Shown in pieces: positions 15,591-23,385 of a DNA stretch of 24,273 nt (position 1 is the first letter of the stretch; every line of letters starts with the position of its first letter). The notes under the pieces are model-generated. The model searched no databases. It had not been told where the DNA came from and was given only the letters and a program-made list of their open reading frames with translations. The position numbers were made by a program, and so were the translations under genes. The stretch comes from Comamonadaceae bacterium (GTDB lineage Bacteria; Pseudomonadota; Gammaproteobacteria; Burkholderiales; Burkholderiaceae_C). The stretch is from positions 1 through 24,273 of the forward strand of contig CANBRV010000001.1 of assembly GCA_947372005.1 (NCBI GenBank), given 5' to 3'.

Positions 15591-17915
15591 ATGCAAGCAT
15601 CTGATCAACCTATTCTTCGAGACATTGTCTTAGTTGGCGGCGGACACAGTCACGTGGTCGCGCTAAAAAGCTTTGCCATGAAACCCATGGTTGGCGTGCG
15701 TCTCACCGTGATTTGCACCGACACGCACACGCCCTACTCGGGTATGTTGCCCGGCTATGTGGCGGGACATTACGACTACGACGCTGTGCATATTGATCTT
15801 GGCAAGCTTTGCGCTTTTGCGGGCGCGCGGCTTTACACGGCGCAAGTGACGGGCATTGACCGCGTGGCAAAAAAGGTGATGTGCAAAGGCCGCCCTGATG
15901 TGGCTTACGACGTGCTGTCCATCAACATTGGATCGAGCCCGCAAGTGCACAGCGTGCCGGGAGCCAATGAATACGCAATCCCCGTCAAACCCATCGCGCA
16001 ATTTAACGAGCGCTGGCTCGCATTACTCGCGCGTAGTGAATCGCCTCTGAGCGTTGCCGTGGTAGGTGGCGGCGCGGGTGGCATAGAGCTTTTGCTAGCA
16101 ATGCAGCACCGAATCAAAAACGCGAGCTTCAGTTTGTTTACCGAAGGCACGGCGATACTGCCAACGCACCATCAGGCTGTGCAAAAACGGTTCATGCAGG
16201 TGCTGGCCGATCGCGACGTGTCGGTTCATTTGAATACACCTGTGACCCAGCTGACGATGCAAGGAAGTCGTCATCAACTCCATAGCAAAACCGAGCAGTT
16301 TTCGTTCGAGGAAGTAATGTGGGTCACGCAAGCGGGCGGTGCTGCGTGGCTTGCGGATACTGGGCTAGCGCTCGATCCTCGCGGTTTTATTGAAGTGAAC
16401 GATTGCCTTCAATCGACAGCGGATGCAAACATTTTTGCCGCAGGTGATATCGCGAACATGGTGAATCACAAGCTGGAGAAGGCGGGTGTGTTTGCGGTGC
16501 GGCAAGGCATGCCGCTGGCGGAGAATTTGCAGCGTAGCGTGCAAGGTGTGGCGCTGAAACCGTATCGTCCACAAAGGCGTTGGCTGGCTTTGATTAGCAC
16601 GGGCGACAAGCAAGCGGTAGCTTCACGCGGCGCGCTTTGGGGATCCGCAACGAAGCTTGGCATGGGCGGCGCAAATGCAAGCGGTGCACTCCTTTGGCGC
16701 TGGAAAGATTGGATCGATCAGCGATTTATGCGTCGCTTCTCCGAGTTTCCTGCGATGGATGAATTAGCCCGTAAGCCACACCCTATAAGGCTTGCAGCAG
16801 GGGCATCTATCAAGCTCACTTCCGAAGAATCACTGCAAGCCATCTCCGCCATTGCCATGCGCTGCGGCGGCTGCGGCGCAAAAGTGGGCGCGACGGTGCT
16901 CTCGCGGGCGCTGGGCAGCCTGTCACCGATTGAACGAGATGATGTGCTGATTGGCTTGCACGCACCCGACGACGCGGCGGTGGTGCGCGTTCCTGCTGGC
17001 AAGGCGATGGTGCACACCGTCGATTTTTTCCGCGCCTTTATCGACGACCCCTACATCTTTGGTCGCGTCGCGGCTAATCATGCACTCGGTGACATCTTTG
17101 CGATGGGTGGCACGGCGCAGTCTGCGACCGCCATTGCCACCGTGCCGCCTGGGCTGGAAGCCAAGGTGGAAGCTACTTTGCGCGACATGATGGCGGGCGC
17201 GGTGGAAGTGCTGAACGCCGCGGGCTGTGCGCTGGTGGGCGGTCACACGGGCGAAGGCAAAGAGTTGGCGTTAGGCTTTGCGATCAATGGACTCGTCGAT
17301 ATTGCGAGTGACGGAATCACACTGCCGCGCACCATGACCAAGGGCGCAATGAAGGCGGGCGATGTGCTCCTCCTCACTAAACCCATGGGCACGGGCACGC
17401 TGTTTGCGGCGCTGCCAAAAGGCAAAGCGAAAGGGCGCTGGATTGATGCGGCGCTTGCCTCGATGCAGCAATCGAACCAAGCGGGAGCCGTATGTTTGTT
17501 GGCTCACGGGGCCACGGCGTGTACCGACCTCACGGGCTTTGGCTTACTCGGGCACTTGGTTGAAATGACGAAGCCATCAGGTGTAGATGCTGAAATTAAT
17601 CTCGCTGCTTTGCCGCTTTTGGATGGTGCGGAAGAGTGCGTTAAAGCAGGGATTACCAGCTCGTTGCAAAGCGCCAATGTGCGGTTGCGCCGAGCGATCA
17701 AAAATCAAGAGGCATTTATCAATCACCCCAGATACCCACTCATTTTTGATCCACAAACGGCGGGTGGTTTGCTAGCGAGTGTGCCCGTAAGCCATGTGGA
17801 TGCTTGCGTGGCGGAGTTGAAAGCGCTGGGCTATACGCACACGGCGATCATTGGGCGCATCTTACCGATGGGTGATGCGGTGGAAGCGATTACTTTAATA
17901 GGAGAGACACCATGA
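15591..17915 (+). CDS. selD: Selenophosphate synthetase SelD/SenC fused to an N-terminal pyridine nucleotide-disulfide/NADH-dehydrogenase-like flavoprotein domain
   Basis: N-terminal LVGGGHSHV, PYSGMLPG, VVGGGAGGIE, IFAAGD and KAGVFAVRQG. The SelD part has MRCGGCGAKVG (16857-16889), PDDAAV, HTVDFF, NHALGDIFAMGG, LVGGHT, TDLTGFGLLGHL and DPQTAGGLL. Confidence 0.95.
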   Translation: MQASDQPILRDIVLVGGGHSHVVALKSFAMKPMVGVRLTVICTDTHTPYSGMLPGYVAGHYDYDAVHIDLGKLCAFAGARLYTAQVTGIDRVAKKVMCKGRPDVAYDVLSINIGSSPQVHSVPGANEYAIPVKPIAQFNERWLALLARSESPLSVAVVGGGAGGIELLLAMQHRIKNASFSLFTEGTAILPTHHQAVQKRFMQVLADRDVSVHLNTPVTQLTMQGSRHQLHSKTEQFSFEEVMWVTQAGGAAWLADTGLALDPRGFIEVNDCLQSTADANIFAAGDIANMVNHKLEKAGVFAVRQGMPLAENLQRSVQGVALKPYRPQRRWLALISTGDKQAVASRGALWGSATKLGMGGANASGALLWRWKDWIDQRFMRRFSEFPAMDELARKPHPIRLAAGASIKLTSEESLQAISAIAMRCGGCGAKVGATVLSRALGSLSPIERDDVLIGLHAPDDAAVVRVPAGKAMVHTVDFFRAFIDDPYIFGRVAANHALGDIFAMGGTAQSATAIATVPPGLEAKVEATLRDMMAGAVEVLNAAGCALVGGHTGEGKELALGFAINGLVDIASDGITLPRTMTKGAMKAGDVLLLTKPMGTGTLFAALPKGKAKGRWIDAALASMQQSNQAGAVCLLAHGATACTDLTGFGLLGHLVEMTKPSGVDAEINLAALPLLDGAEECVKAGITSSLQSANVRLRRAIKNQEAFINHPRYPLIFDPQTAGGLLASVPVSHVDACVAELKALGYTHTAIIGRILPMGDAVEAITLIGETP

Positions 17916-18373
17916 CTAAAAAAACGTTCGAAAATCTATCCGATCTCACAGCTTTTGTCGGCCAAGAAATTGCGGGCGGCGATTGGCTCACCATTACGCA
18001 AGAGCAGGTGAATCTATTTGCCGACGCGACGGGCGATCACCAGTGGATTCACGTCAACCCCGAGTTAGCTGCCAAGGGGCCGTTTAAGACCACCATTGCA
18101 CATGGTTTTTTAACGCTGTCGCTGCTGCCGACATTTTTTGAATCCAGCTTTTCTATTACCAACTCGCGCATGGGCGTGAACTATGGTTTGAACAAAGTGC
18201 GCTTCACCTCGCCCGTGCCTGTGGGCTCGCGTCTGCGTGCTGCAATGAAACTGCTCGCGCTCGACCCTATCGACAACAGCGGCGTGCAGATGACGTGGCT
18301 GGTGACGGTTGAGCGCGAGGGCTCGGACAAGCCCGTGTGCATTGCGGAGTCGTTGGTGAGGCGCTATCCTTAA
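17912..18373 (+). CDS. MaoC/NodN-like hot-dog-fold dehydratase
   Basis: FADATGDHQWIHV, TTIAHGFLTLSLL and NYGLNKVRFTSPVPVGSRLR. ATGA overlap with the selD stop. Confidence 0.9.
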   Translation: MTKKTFENLSDLTAFVGQEIAGGDWLTITQEQVNLFADATGDHQWIHVNPELAAKGPFKTTIAHGFLTLSLLPTFFESSFSITNSRMGVNYGLNKVRFTSPVPVGSRLRAAMKLLALDPIDNSGVQMTWLVTVEREGSDKPVCIAESLVRRYP

Positions 18374-18841
18374 TCATGCGGTTTTAAACCCGCACTGTCG
18401 CCAAGCCTCAAACACCGTCACGGCGACGGCGTTGGATAAATTGAGGCTGCGCTGTCCCTCAATCATCGGCAGTCTGAGGCGCTGCTCGGGCGCAAACGAT
18501 TCACGTAAATCTAGAGGCAAGCCTTGTGTTTCGGAACCAAAGACAAACCAGTCGCCTGCTTGGAAGGCTTGCTGGTAGGGGCTTGCCAAGCCTTTGGTCG
18601 TGAAGGCAAACATGCGCTTAGCCTGCGGGGCAGCAGTCTCTAGAAAGGCTTGCCAATTGGCGTAGCGCGAAACAGGCGAGTACTCGTGATAGTCCAGTCC
18701 CGCGCGGCGCATCTGTTTGTCGCTCATGTCAAAACCCAGCGGCTCAATCAAGTGCAATCGCGAACCCGTGTTGGCGCACAAACGGATGATGTTGCCCGTG
18801 TTGGGCGGAATTTCGGGGGTGACGAGAACGACGTTAAACAT
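18374..18841 (-). CDS. trmL: tRNA (cytidine/uridine-34 2'-O)-methyltransferase TrmL (SPOUT family, 155 aa)
   Basis: PEIPPNTGNIIRLCANTG, RRAGLDYHE, FVFGSETQGLP and RSLNLSNAVAV. ATG 18841 (MFNVVL) is preferred. Confidence 0.93.
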   Translation of the reverse strand: MFNVVLVTPEIPPNTGNIIRLCANTGSRLHLIEPLGFDMSDKQMRRAGLDYHEYSPVSRYANWQAFLETAAPQAKRMFAFTTKGLASPYQQAFQAGDWFVFGSETQGLPLDLRESFAPEQRLRLPMIEGQRSLNLSNAVAVTVFEAWRQCGFKTA

Positions 18842-18848
18842 GTGGTGA

Positions 18849-19553
18849 TTATCTTGGCTCTGATGAGTCATTGCTCTGTTCTAGAGGTGTTCTCGCTATT
18901 ACCAAGCCACCAATCCGCGCAGCACCTGCCCTATAGAGTGGCTCGGCAGCAGCGACTAAGGTCGCACCCGTGGTCATCACGTCGTCAATCAGCAAGATGT
19001 GTTTCCCCACAAGTGACGCGACCTTGCTGCTGTGAGCCCTATCGGACGTGGCTTGCAGAGCAAAGGCGTTGGCGACGTTGCGCACCCGCGCTTCGCGATC
19101 CAGCAGACGCTGGGGCGCCGTGTTGCGGGTGCGAATGAGCGAGGACGCATCAATTTTGTGTTTAACCAAATGCTTGGCGAGCACGTGTGCTTGATTGAAG
19201 CCGCGCTCCTCTAGGCGCTCAGGAGCCAGCGGCAAAGGCATCACGATATCAGCGCCAGCAAGCAAATCACGAATGTGCTCTTCGCGCTCCATCAGTCCTG
19301 CAAACAACCCTGCAAGCCCTGGTTCGGGTGCGAACTTGTATCTGGCGATGAGCGCTGCCCATGGCGCGTCAAAGCTTACGGCTGCGATGCAATCATCAAG
19401 GCCATGTGGCACGGGAAACTGGGGTGCCTTGGCATGTGTTTGAATGCAGGTTCTGCAAACGCCCGTTACCCGTTCAAAAGAAGCGGAGGGCCATTTTTTG
19501 CAGATGGCGCATTCAAAGGGGATGGCTTGCAGAAGCCCTGAAAAAAGAGACAT
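18849..19553 (-). CDS. comF: ComF-family protein (zinc ribbon plus phosphoribosyltransferase domain)
   Basis: CAIC...CRTC, ARYKF, PLPLAPERLEERGFNQA, R.RNVANAF and PRT motif ILLIDDVMTTGATL. Confidence 0.9.
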   Translation of the reverse strand: MSLFSGLLQAIPFECAICKKWPSASFERVTGVCRTCIQTHAKAPQFPVPHGLDDCIAAVSFDAPWAALIARYKFAPEPGLAGLFAGLMEREEHIRDLLAGADIVMPLPLAPERLEERGFNQAHVLAKHLVKHKIDASSLIRTRNTAPQRLLDREARVRNVANAFALQATSDRAHSSKVASLVGKHILLIDDVMTTGATLVAAAEPLYRAGAARIGGLVIARTPLEQSNDSSEPR

Positions 19554-19566
19554 GCCTCAATATACT
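19538..19566 (+). promoter_or_regulatory. Candidate sigma70 promoter for the bioC-like gene, with an overlapping opposite-strand -10 for comF
   Basis: CTGAAA (19538-19543), a 17-bp spacer and TATACT (19561-19566), 6 nt before ATG 19573. The minus strand has TATATT (19559-19564), 5 nt before the comF ATG at 19553. Confidence 0.4.
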
Positions 19567-19572
19567 CGCGTG

Positions 19573-20394
19573 ATGACTGCTGATTCGCCCTCCGACTTCG
19601 ACCCTCACATTGACCCCATTGCTGCTGCACGCTGGGCTGGTATGCCTGCGGCGCGTGCGCCTTGGCTGCACGAGGAAGTGGGACGGCGTATGGCCGAGCG
19701 GCTGGACTACATCAAGCTGCCGACCAAGGAGTGGACGAATTGGTCTTGGCGGCGAGGTGGGAAACCTCAGCATTCCGCTCTGCGAACGAGTTTGTGGCAA
19801 AAGATGACGGCGAAATCGATCAAGCAACCCTCCGAGTTATCGCAAGACATGATTTGGTCGAACATGCAATTGAATATGGAGGCTGCACCAAAGCGGATGA
19901 TTGAAGCGTGGCATGCAGCGCTGAAAACCGACGGGTTTGTGCTCTTTTCATGTCTCGGGCCTGATACTTTGATGGAGCTTCGCGCGGCCTATGAGCGCCG
20001 TGCTTGGCCTGCGCCGCTGCATCAGCTTACCGATATGCACGACTGGGGTGATCGATTAGTCGGACAAGGTTTTGCCGAACCCGTGATGGATATGGAGCGT
20101 CTTGTTTTGACGTTTGCCTCGCCTGAGCGTGCACTTGCCGAGCTGCGCGAATTGGGACGCAATTTGCACCCTGCACGCGCTACTGGTCGACAGGGCTTGT
20201 CTAGCAAGGCTTGGCGAGCATCCCTCTTAGAGGCTTTGGATGAGTCTAGAGGCGCGGATGGACAAATCGCTCTCACGTTTGAGTTGATTTATGGTCACGC
20301 GATCAAGCCCAAACCGAGGGTTAAGTTGTCGTCGCATAGCGCGATTAGCCTTCAGACCATGCGAGAAATGCTACATAAGCCGCCACTTATATAA
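19573..20394 (+). CDS. BioC-like methyltransferase-fold protein (Comamonadaceae type, divergent from comF)
   Basis: PWLHEEVGRRMAERLDYIK, IWSNMQL, GFVLFSCLGPDTLMELR, DMHDWGDRLV..GFAEPVMDME and LTFELIYGHA. A canonical SAM motif I is not evident, so no gene symbol is given. Start is ATG 19573, or 19552/19570. Confidence 0.75.
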   Translation: MTADSPSDFDPHIDPIAAARWAGMPAARAPWLHEEVGRRMAERLDYIKLPTKEWTNWSWRRGGKPQHSALRTSLWQKMTAKSIKQPSELSQDMIWSNMQLNMEAAPKRMIEAWHAALKTDGFVLFSCLGPDTLMELRAAYERRAWPAPLHQLTDMHDWGDRLVGQGFAEPVMDMERLVLTFASPERALAELRELGRNLHPARATGRQGLSSKAWRASLLEALDESRGADGQIALTFELIYGHAIKPKPRVKLSSHSAISLQTMREMLHKPPLI

Positions 20395-20429
20395 GGAAAC
20401 CCGCTAAAATCCGAAGTTGCTAAAAAATT

Positions 20430-20455
20430 ATGAAGAATTTATCGATGAAGAATTT
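20430..20455 (+). repeat. 11-bp direct repeat ATGAAGAATTT duplicating the coxB start (MKNLS-MKNFL)
   Basis: Copies at 20430-20440 and 20445-20455. Confidence 0.85.
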
Positions 20456-21596
20456 CCTCTATCTACTCAGTATGCTTCTTGCAACCAGTGCTCATGCCGT
20501 CAATGATTTGCCTGGCGGGCCTGCGGTCAATCAACTCAACTTCCATCCGGCAGTGACACAACTTAGTGTCGATCAACATATGCTTCACAACGGCATGATG
20601 ATTGCCTGTATTGTGATTTTTATCGCTGTGTTTGGCGTGATGTTTTATTCCATCCTCAAGCATCGCAAATCGCTTGGCCACAAGGCGGCGAATTTTCACG
20701 AGTCAGTCACGGTGGAAATTATTTGGACGATTGTTCCGTTTTTGATCGTGGTTGCGATGGGCTTGGCAGCTACTAAAACTTTGGTGTACTCCAAGGACAC
20801 GAGTAATGCCGACTTGACTATTAAAGCTACGGGTTACCAGTGGAAATGGGGCTATGACTACATTAAGGGTGAGGGCGAGGGTATTGGATTTATCTCGACG
20901 CTAGATAGCTCACACCGAGCTTTGTCGGAATCTGGTTTGCCAAAAGGTACGGTCATTCCTGATGACTACCTCTTCAAGGTGGATAACGCGATGGTTGTGC
21001 CTGTGGGCAAGAAAATTCGCATTATTACCACCGCAAATGATGTGATTCATGCATTCGCAGTGCCATCATTTGGTATCAAGCAAGACGCTATTCCTGGTTT
21101 CGTGCGTGACACATGGTTTAGAACCGACAAGATTGGCTCATACTATGGTCAGTGCCAAGAGCTGTGCGGCAAAGAGCACGCATACATGCCAATTCATATA
21201 AAGGTGGTCAGTGCTGCTGATTACACCGCATGGGTAGCTATTGAGCAGAAAAAAGCTGCTGCCAAGCTGGATGATCCAACGAAGGTGTGGGCGCTCGACG
21301 ACATCTTGAAGCGTGGTGAAAAAGTTTACGCCAGCAACTGTGCTGCTTGCCATCAGGCAAATGGCAAAGGCGCAGGCCCAATCAAGCCACTTGATGGAGC
21401 TGCTGTGGTGCTAGATGCCGACAAAACCAAGCAAATTAAGGTTTTGCTCAATGGTCAAAACAATGGTGCGATGCCATCATGGAAGGCTCTGTCCGATACA
21501 GATATCGCCGCCGTTATTTCCTATACCAAGAACAACTGGTCAAACAAGACGGGGCAGCTGGTTCAGCCATCCGACGTGCTTGCTGCACGTAAATAA
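20430..21596 (+). CDS. coxB: Cytochrome c oxidase subunit II with fused C-terminal cytochrome c
   Basis: VEIIWTIVP, GYQWKWGY, DVIHAF, CuA motif CQELCGKEHAYM and heme motif CAACH. Start is ATG 20430 or 20445. Confidence 0.96.
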   Translation: MKNLSMKNFLYLLSMLLATSAHAVNDLPGGPAVNQLNFHPAVTQLSVDQHMLHNGMMIACIVIFIAVFGVMFYSILKHRKSLGHKAANFHESVTVEIIWTIVPFLIVVAMGLAATKTLVYSKDTSNADLTIKATGYQWKWGYDYIKGEGEGIGFISTLDSSHRALSESGLPKGTVIPDDYLFKVDNAMVVPVGKKIRIITTANDVIHAFAVPSFGIKQDAIPGFVRDTWFRTDKIGSYYGQCQELCGKEHAYMPIHIKVVSAADYTAWVAIEQKKAAAKLDDPTKVWALDDILKRGEKVYASNCAACHQANGKGAGPIKPLDGAAVVLDADKTKQIKVLLNGQNNGAMPSWKALSDTDIAAVISYTKNNWSNKTGQLVQPSDVLAARK

Positions 21597-21623
21597 GCCA
21601 AGACATAAGCGAGAGATAACACT

Positions 21624-23258
21624 ATGAGCACATCACACGACATGGCACACGCTGCGAACGCAGATCACGGACACGACGATCACCACGACCACAAGCCAGA
21701 AGGTTGGCGTCGTTGGGTCTACGCGACTAACCATAAAGACATTGGCACGCTGTATTTATTGTTTGCATTCACCATGCTGATGATTGGCGGCGTTTTGGCG
21801 CTACTGATTCGCTTGGAGCTCTTCCAGCCTGGTTTGCAATTTGTAAACCCCGAACTGTTTAATCAGTTCACCACCATGCACGGGCTCATCATGGTGTTCG
21901 GCGCCATCATGCCCGCGTTTGTGGGTTTTGCTAACTGGATGATTCCATTGCAAATTGGCGCAGCCGATATGGCTTTTGCGCGCATGAATAACTTTAGCTT
22001 TTGGTTGATGATTCCTGCTGCTATTACCTTGGTGATGAGCTTCTTTATGCCTGGTGGTGCACCTGCTGCCGGTTGGACGCTCTATGCGCCCCTAACCTTG
22101 CAAATGGGTCCTTCGATGGATGCGGGTATTTTTGCCATGCACGTGCTGGGCGCTTCGTCCATCATGGGTTCGATCAATATCGTCGTCACGATCTTGAACA
22201 TGCGCGCACCAGGTATGACAATGATGAAGATGCCGATGTTCGTGTGGACATGGCTGATTACTGCCTACTTGCTGATTGCTGTGATGCCTGTTTTGGCTGG
22301 CGCAATCACTATGACGCTCACCGATCGTCATTTTGGTACGACTTTCTTTAACCCTGCTGGCGGCGGCGACCCTGTGATGTATCAACACATCTTCTGGTTC
22401 TTCGGTCACCCTGAGGTGTACATCATGATCTTGCCAGCGTTTGGCATCATTAGTCATGTGGTTCCGACCTTTGCACGTAAGAAGTTGTTTGGTTATGCGT
22501 CCATGGTGTACGCAACATCTTCTATTGCTATTTTGTCTTTCATTGTGTGGGCGCATCACATGTACTCCACGGGTATGCCAGTGACTGGCCAGTTGTTTTT
22601 CATGTACGCCACGATGTTGATTTCTGTGCCAACAGGCGTGAAAGTGTTTAACTGGGTTGCCACGATGTGGAAGGGCTCGATGACGTTTGAGACGCCGATG
22701 CTGTTTGCCGTAGGCTTTATCTTTGTGTTCACCATCGGTGGTTTCACGGGACTTATTTTGTCGATTGCACCCATTGACTTGCAAATGCAAGACACCTACT
22801 ACGTGGTGGCGCACTTCCACTACGTGCTGGTGGCGGGTTCGCTCTATGCTATGTTTGCTGGTTATTACTTCTGGTGTCCAAAGTGGACGGGCGTGATGTA
22901 TAACGAAACGCGCGGCAAGATCCATTTTTGGTGGTCGCTGATTTCTTTCAATATTACTTTTTTCCCGATGCACTTTTTGGGCTTGGCAGGTATGCCACGT
23001 CGCTATGCTGATTACCCAGCGCAGTTCACCGATTTCAACCAATGGGCCACCATCGGTGCCTTTGGATTTGGTCTGGCGCAGGTCTACTTCTTCTTCTTTG
23101 TTGTGCTGCCTACGATGCGCGGCAAAGGCGAAAAAGCTGTGCAGCGTCCATGGGAAGCGGCTGAGGGCTTAGAGTGGGAAGTTGCGTCACCAGCGCCATT
23201 CCATACGTTTGAAACACCACCTAAGTTAGACGCGACAGCGACTAAAGTGATTGGCTAA
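21624..23258 (+). CDS. ctaD: Cytochrome c oxidase subunit I (aa3, A1 type)
   Basis: NHKDIG, TMHGLIM, WFFGHPEVY, WAHHM, VAHFHY and GMPRRY, with a His-rich N-terminus. Confidence 0.98.
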   Translation: MSTSHDMAHAANADHGHDDHHDHKPEGWRRWVYATNHKDIGTLYLLFAFTMLMIGGVLALLIRLELFQPGLQFVNPELFNQFTTMHGLIMVFGAIMPAFVGFANWMIPLQIGAADMAFARMNNFSFWLMIPAAITLVMSFFMPGGAPAAGWTLYAPLTLQMGPSMDAGIFAMHVLGASSIMGSINIVVTILNMRAPGMTMMKMPMFVWTWLITAYLLIAVMPVLAGAITMTLTDRHFGTTFFNPAGGGDPVMYQHIFWFFGHPEVYIMILPAFGIISHVVPTFARKKLFGYASMVYATSSIAILSFIVWAHHMYSTGMPVTGQLFFMYATMLISVPTGVKVFNWVATMWKGSMTFETPMLFAVGFIFVFTIGGFTGLILSIAPIDLQMQDTYYVVAHFHYVLVAGSLYAMFAGYYFWCPKWTGVMYNETRGKIHFWWSLISFNITFFPMHFLGLAGMPRRYADYPAQFTDFNQWATIGAFGFGLAQVYFFFFVVLPTMRGKGEKAVQRPWEAAEGLEWEVASPAPFHTFETPPKLDATATKVIG

Positions 23259-23268
23259 TTGATCTTTG

Positions 23269-23385
23269 ATGATGGCGACTCCTGAGCAATCAAAAAAAAA
23301 TATCCGACTGGCACTGATCCTTGCATCGGTGGCGTTGGTGTTTGCGCTGGGTTTTGTTTTTAAGCTGATAGTGCTAGGTCGATGA
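23269..23385 (+). CDS. Small single-TM cytochrome oxidase assembly-type protein (38 aa), below the ORF-track cutoff
   Basis: Hand translation gives MMATPEQSKKNIRLALILASVALVFALGFVFKLIVLGR*. It fills the ctaD-ctaG gap, and its TGA overlaps the ctaG ATG. A similar small protein is recalled at this position in betaproteobacterial cox operons. Confidence 0.75.
   Translation: MMATPEQSKKNIRLALILASVALVFALGFVFKLIVLGR

Noticed and set aside
14591-17915. Apparently higher GC in senB/selD suggesting recent horizontal transfer
   Set aside because: Only a few 60-nt lines were hand-counted (35-38 G+C in selD versus 24-28 in tauE, DedA and coxB), and membrane-protein composition confounds this. No integrase, tRNA or flanking direct repeat is seen. 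A sliding-window GC3/codon analysis would be needed.
15591-17915. Selenocysteine (UGA) recoding or SECIS in the Se genes
   Set aside because: No in-frame TGA interrupts any motif-bearing ORF, and every stop falls at a plausible C-terminus.
21624-21700. His-rich N-terminus of CtaD as a novel metal-binding tag
   Set aside because: This is a common feature of betaproteobacterial subunit I.
22092-23042. 316-aa antisense ORF opposite ctaD
   Set aside because: It lies entirely opposite a highly conserved gene, has no recognisable motif, and is the typical shadow of biased codon usage.
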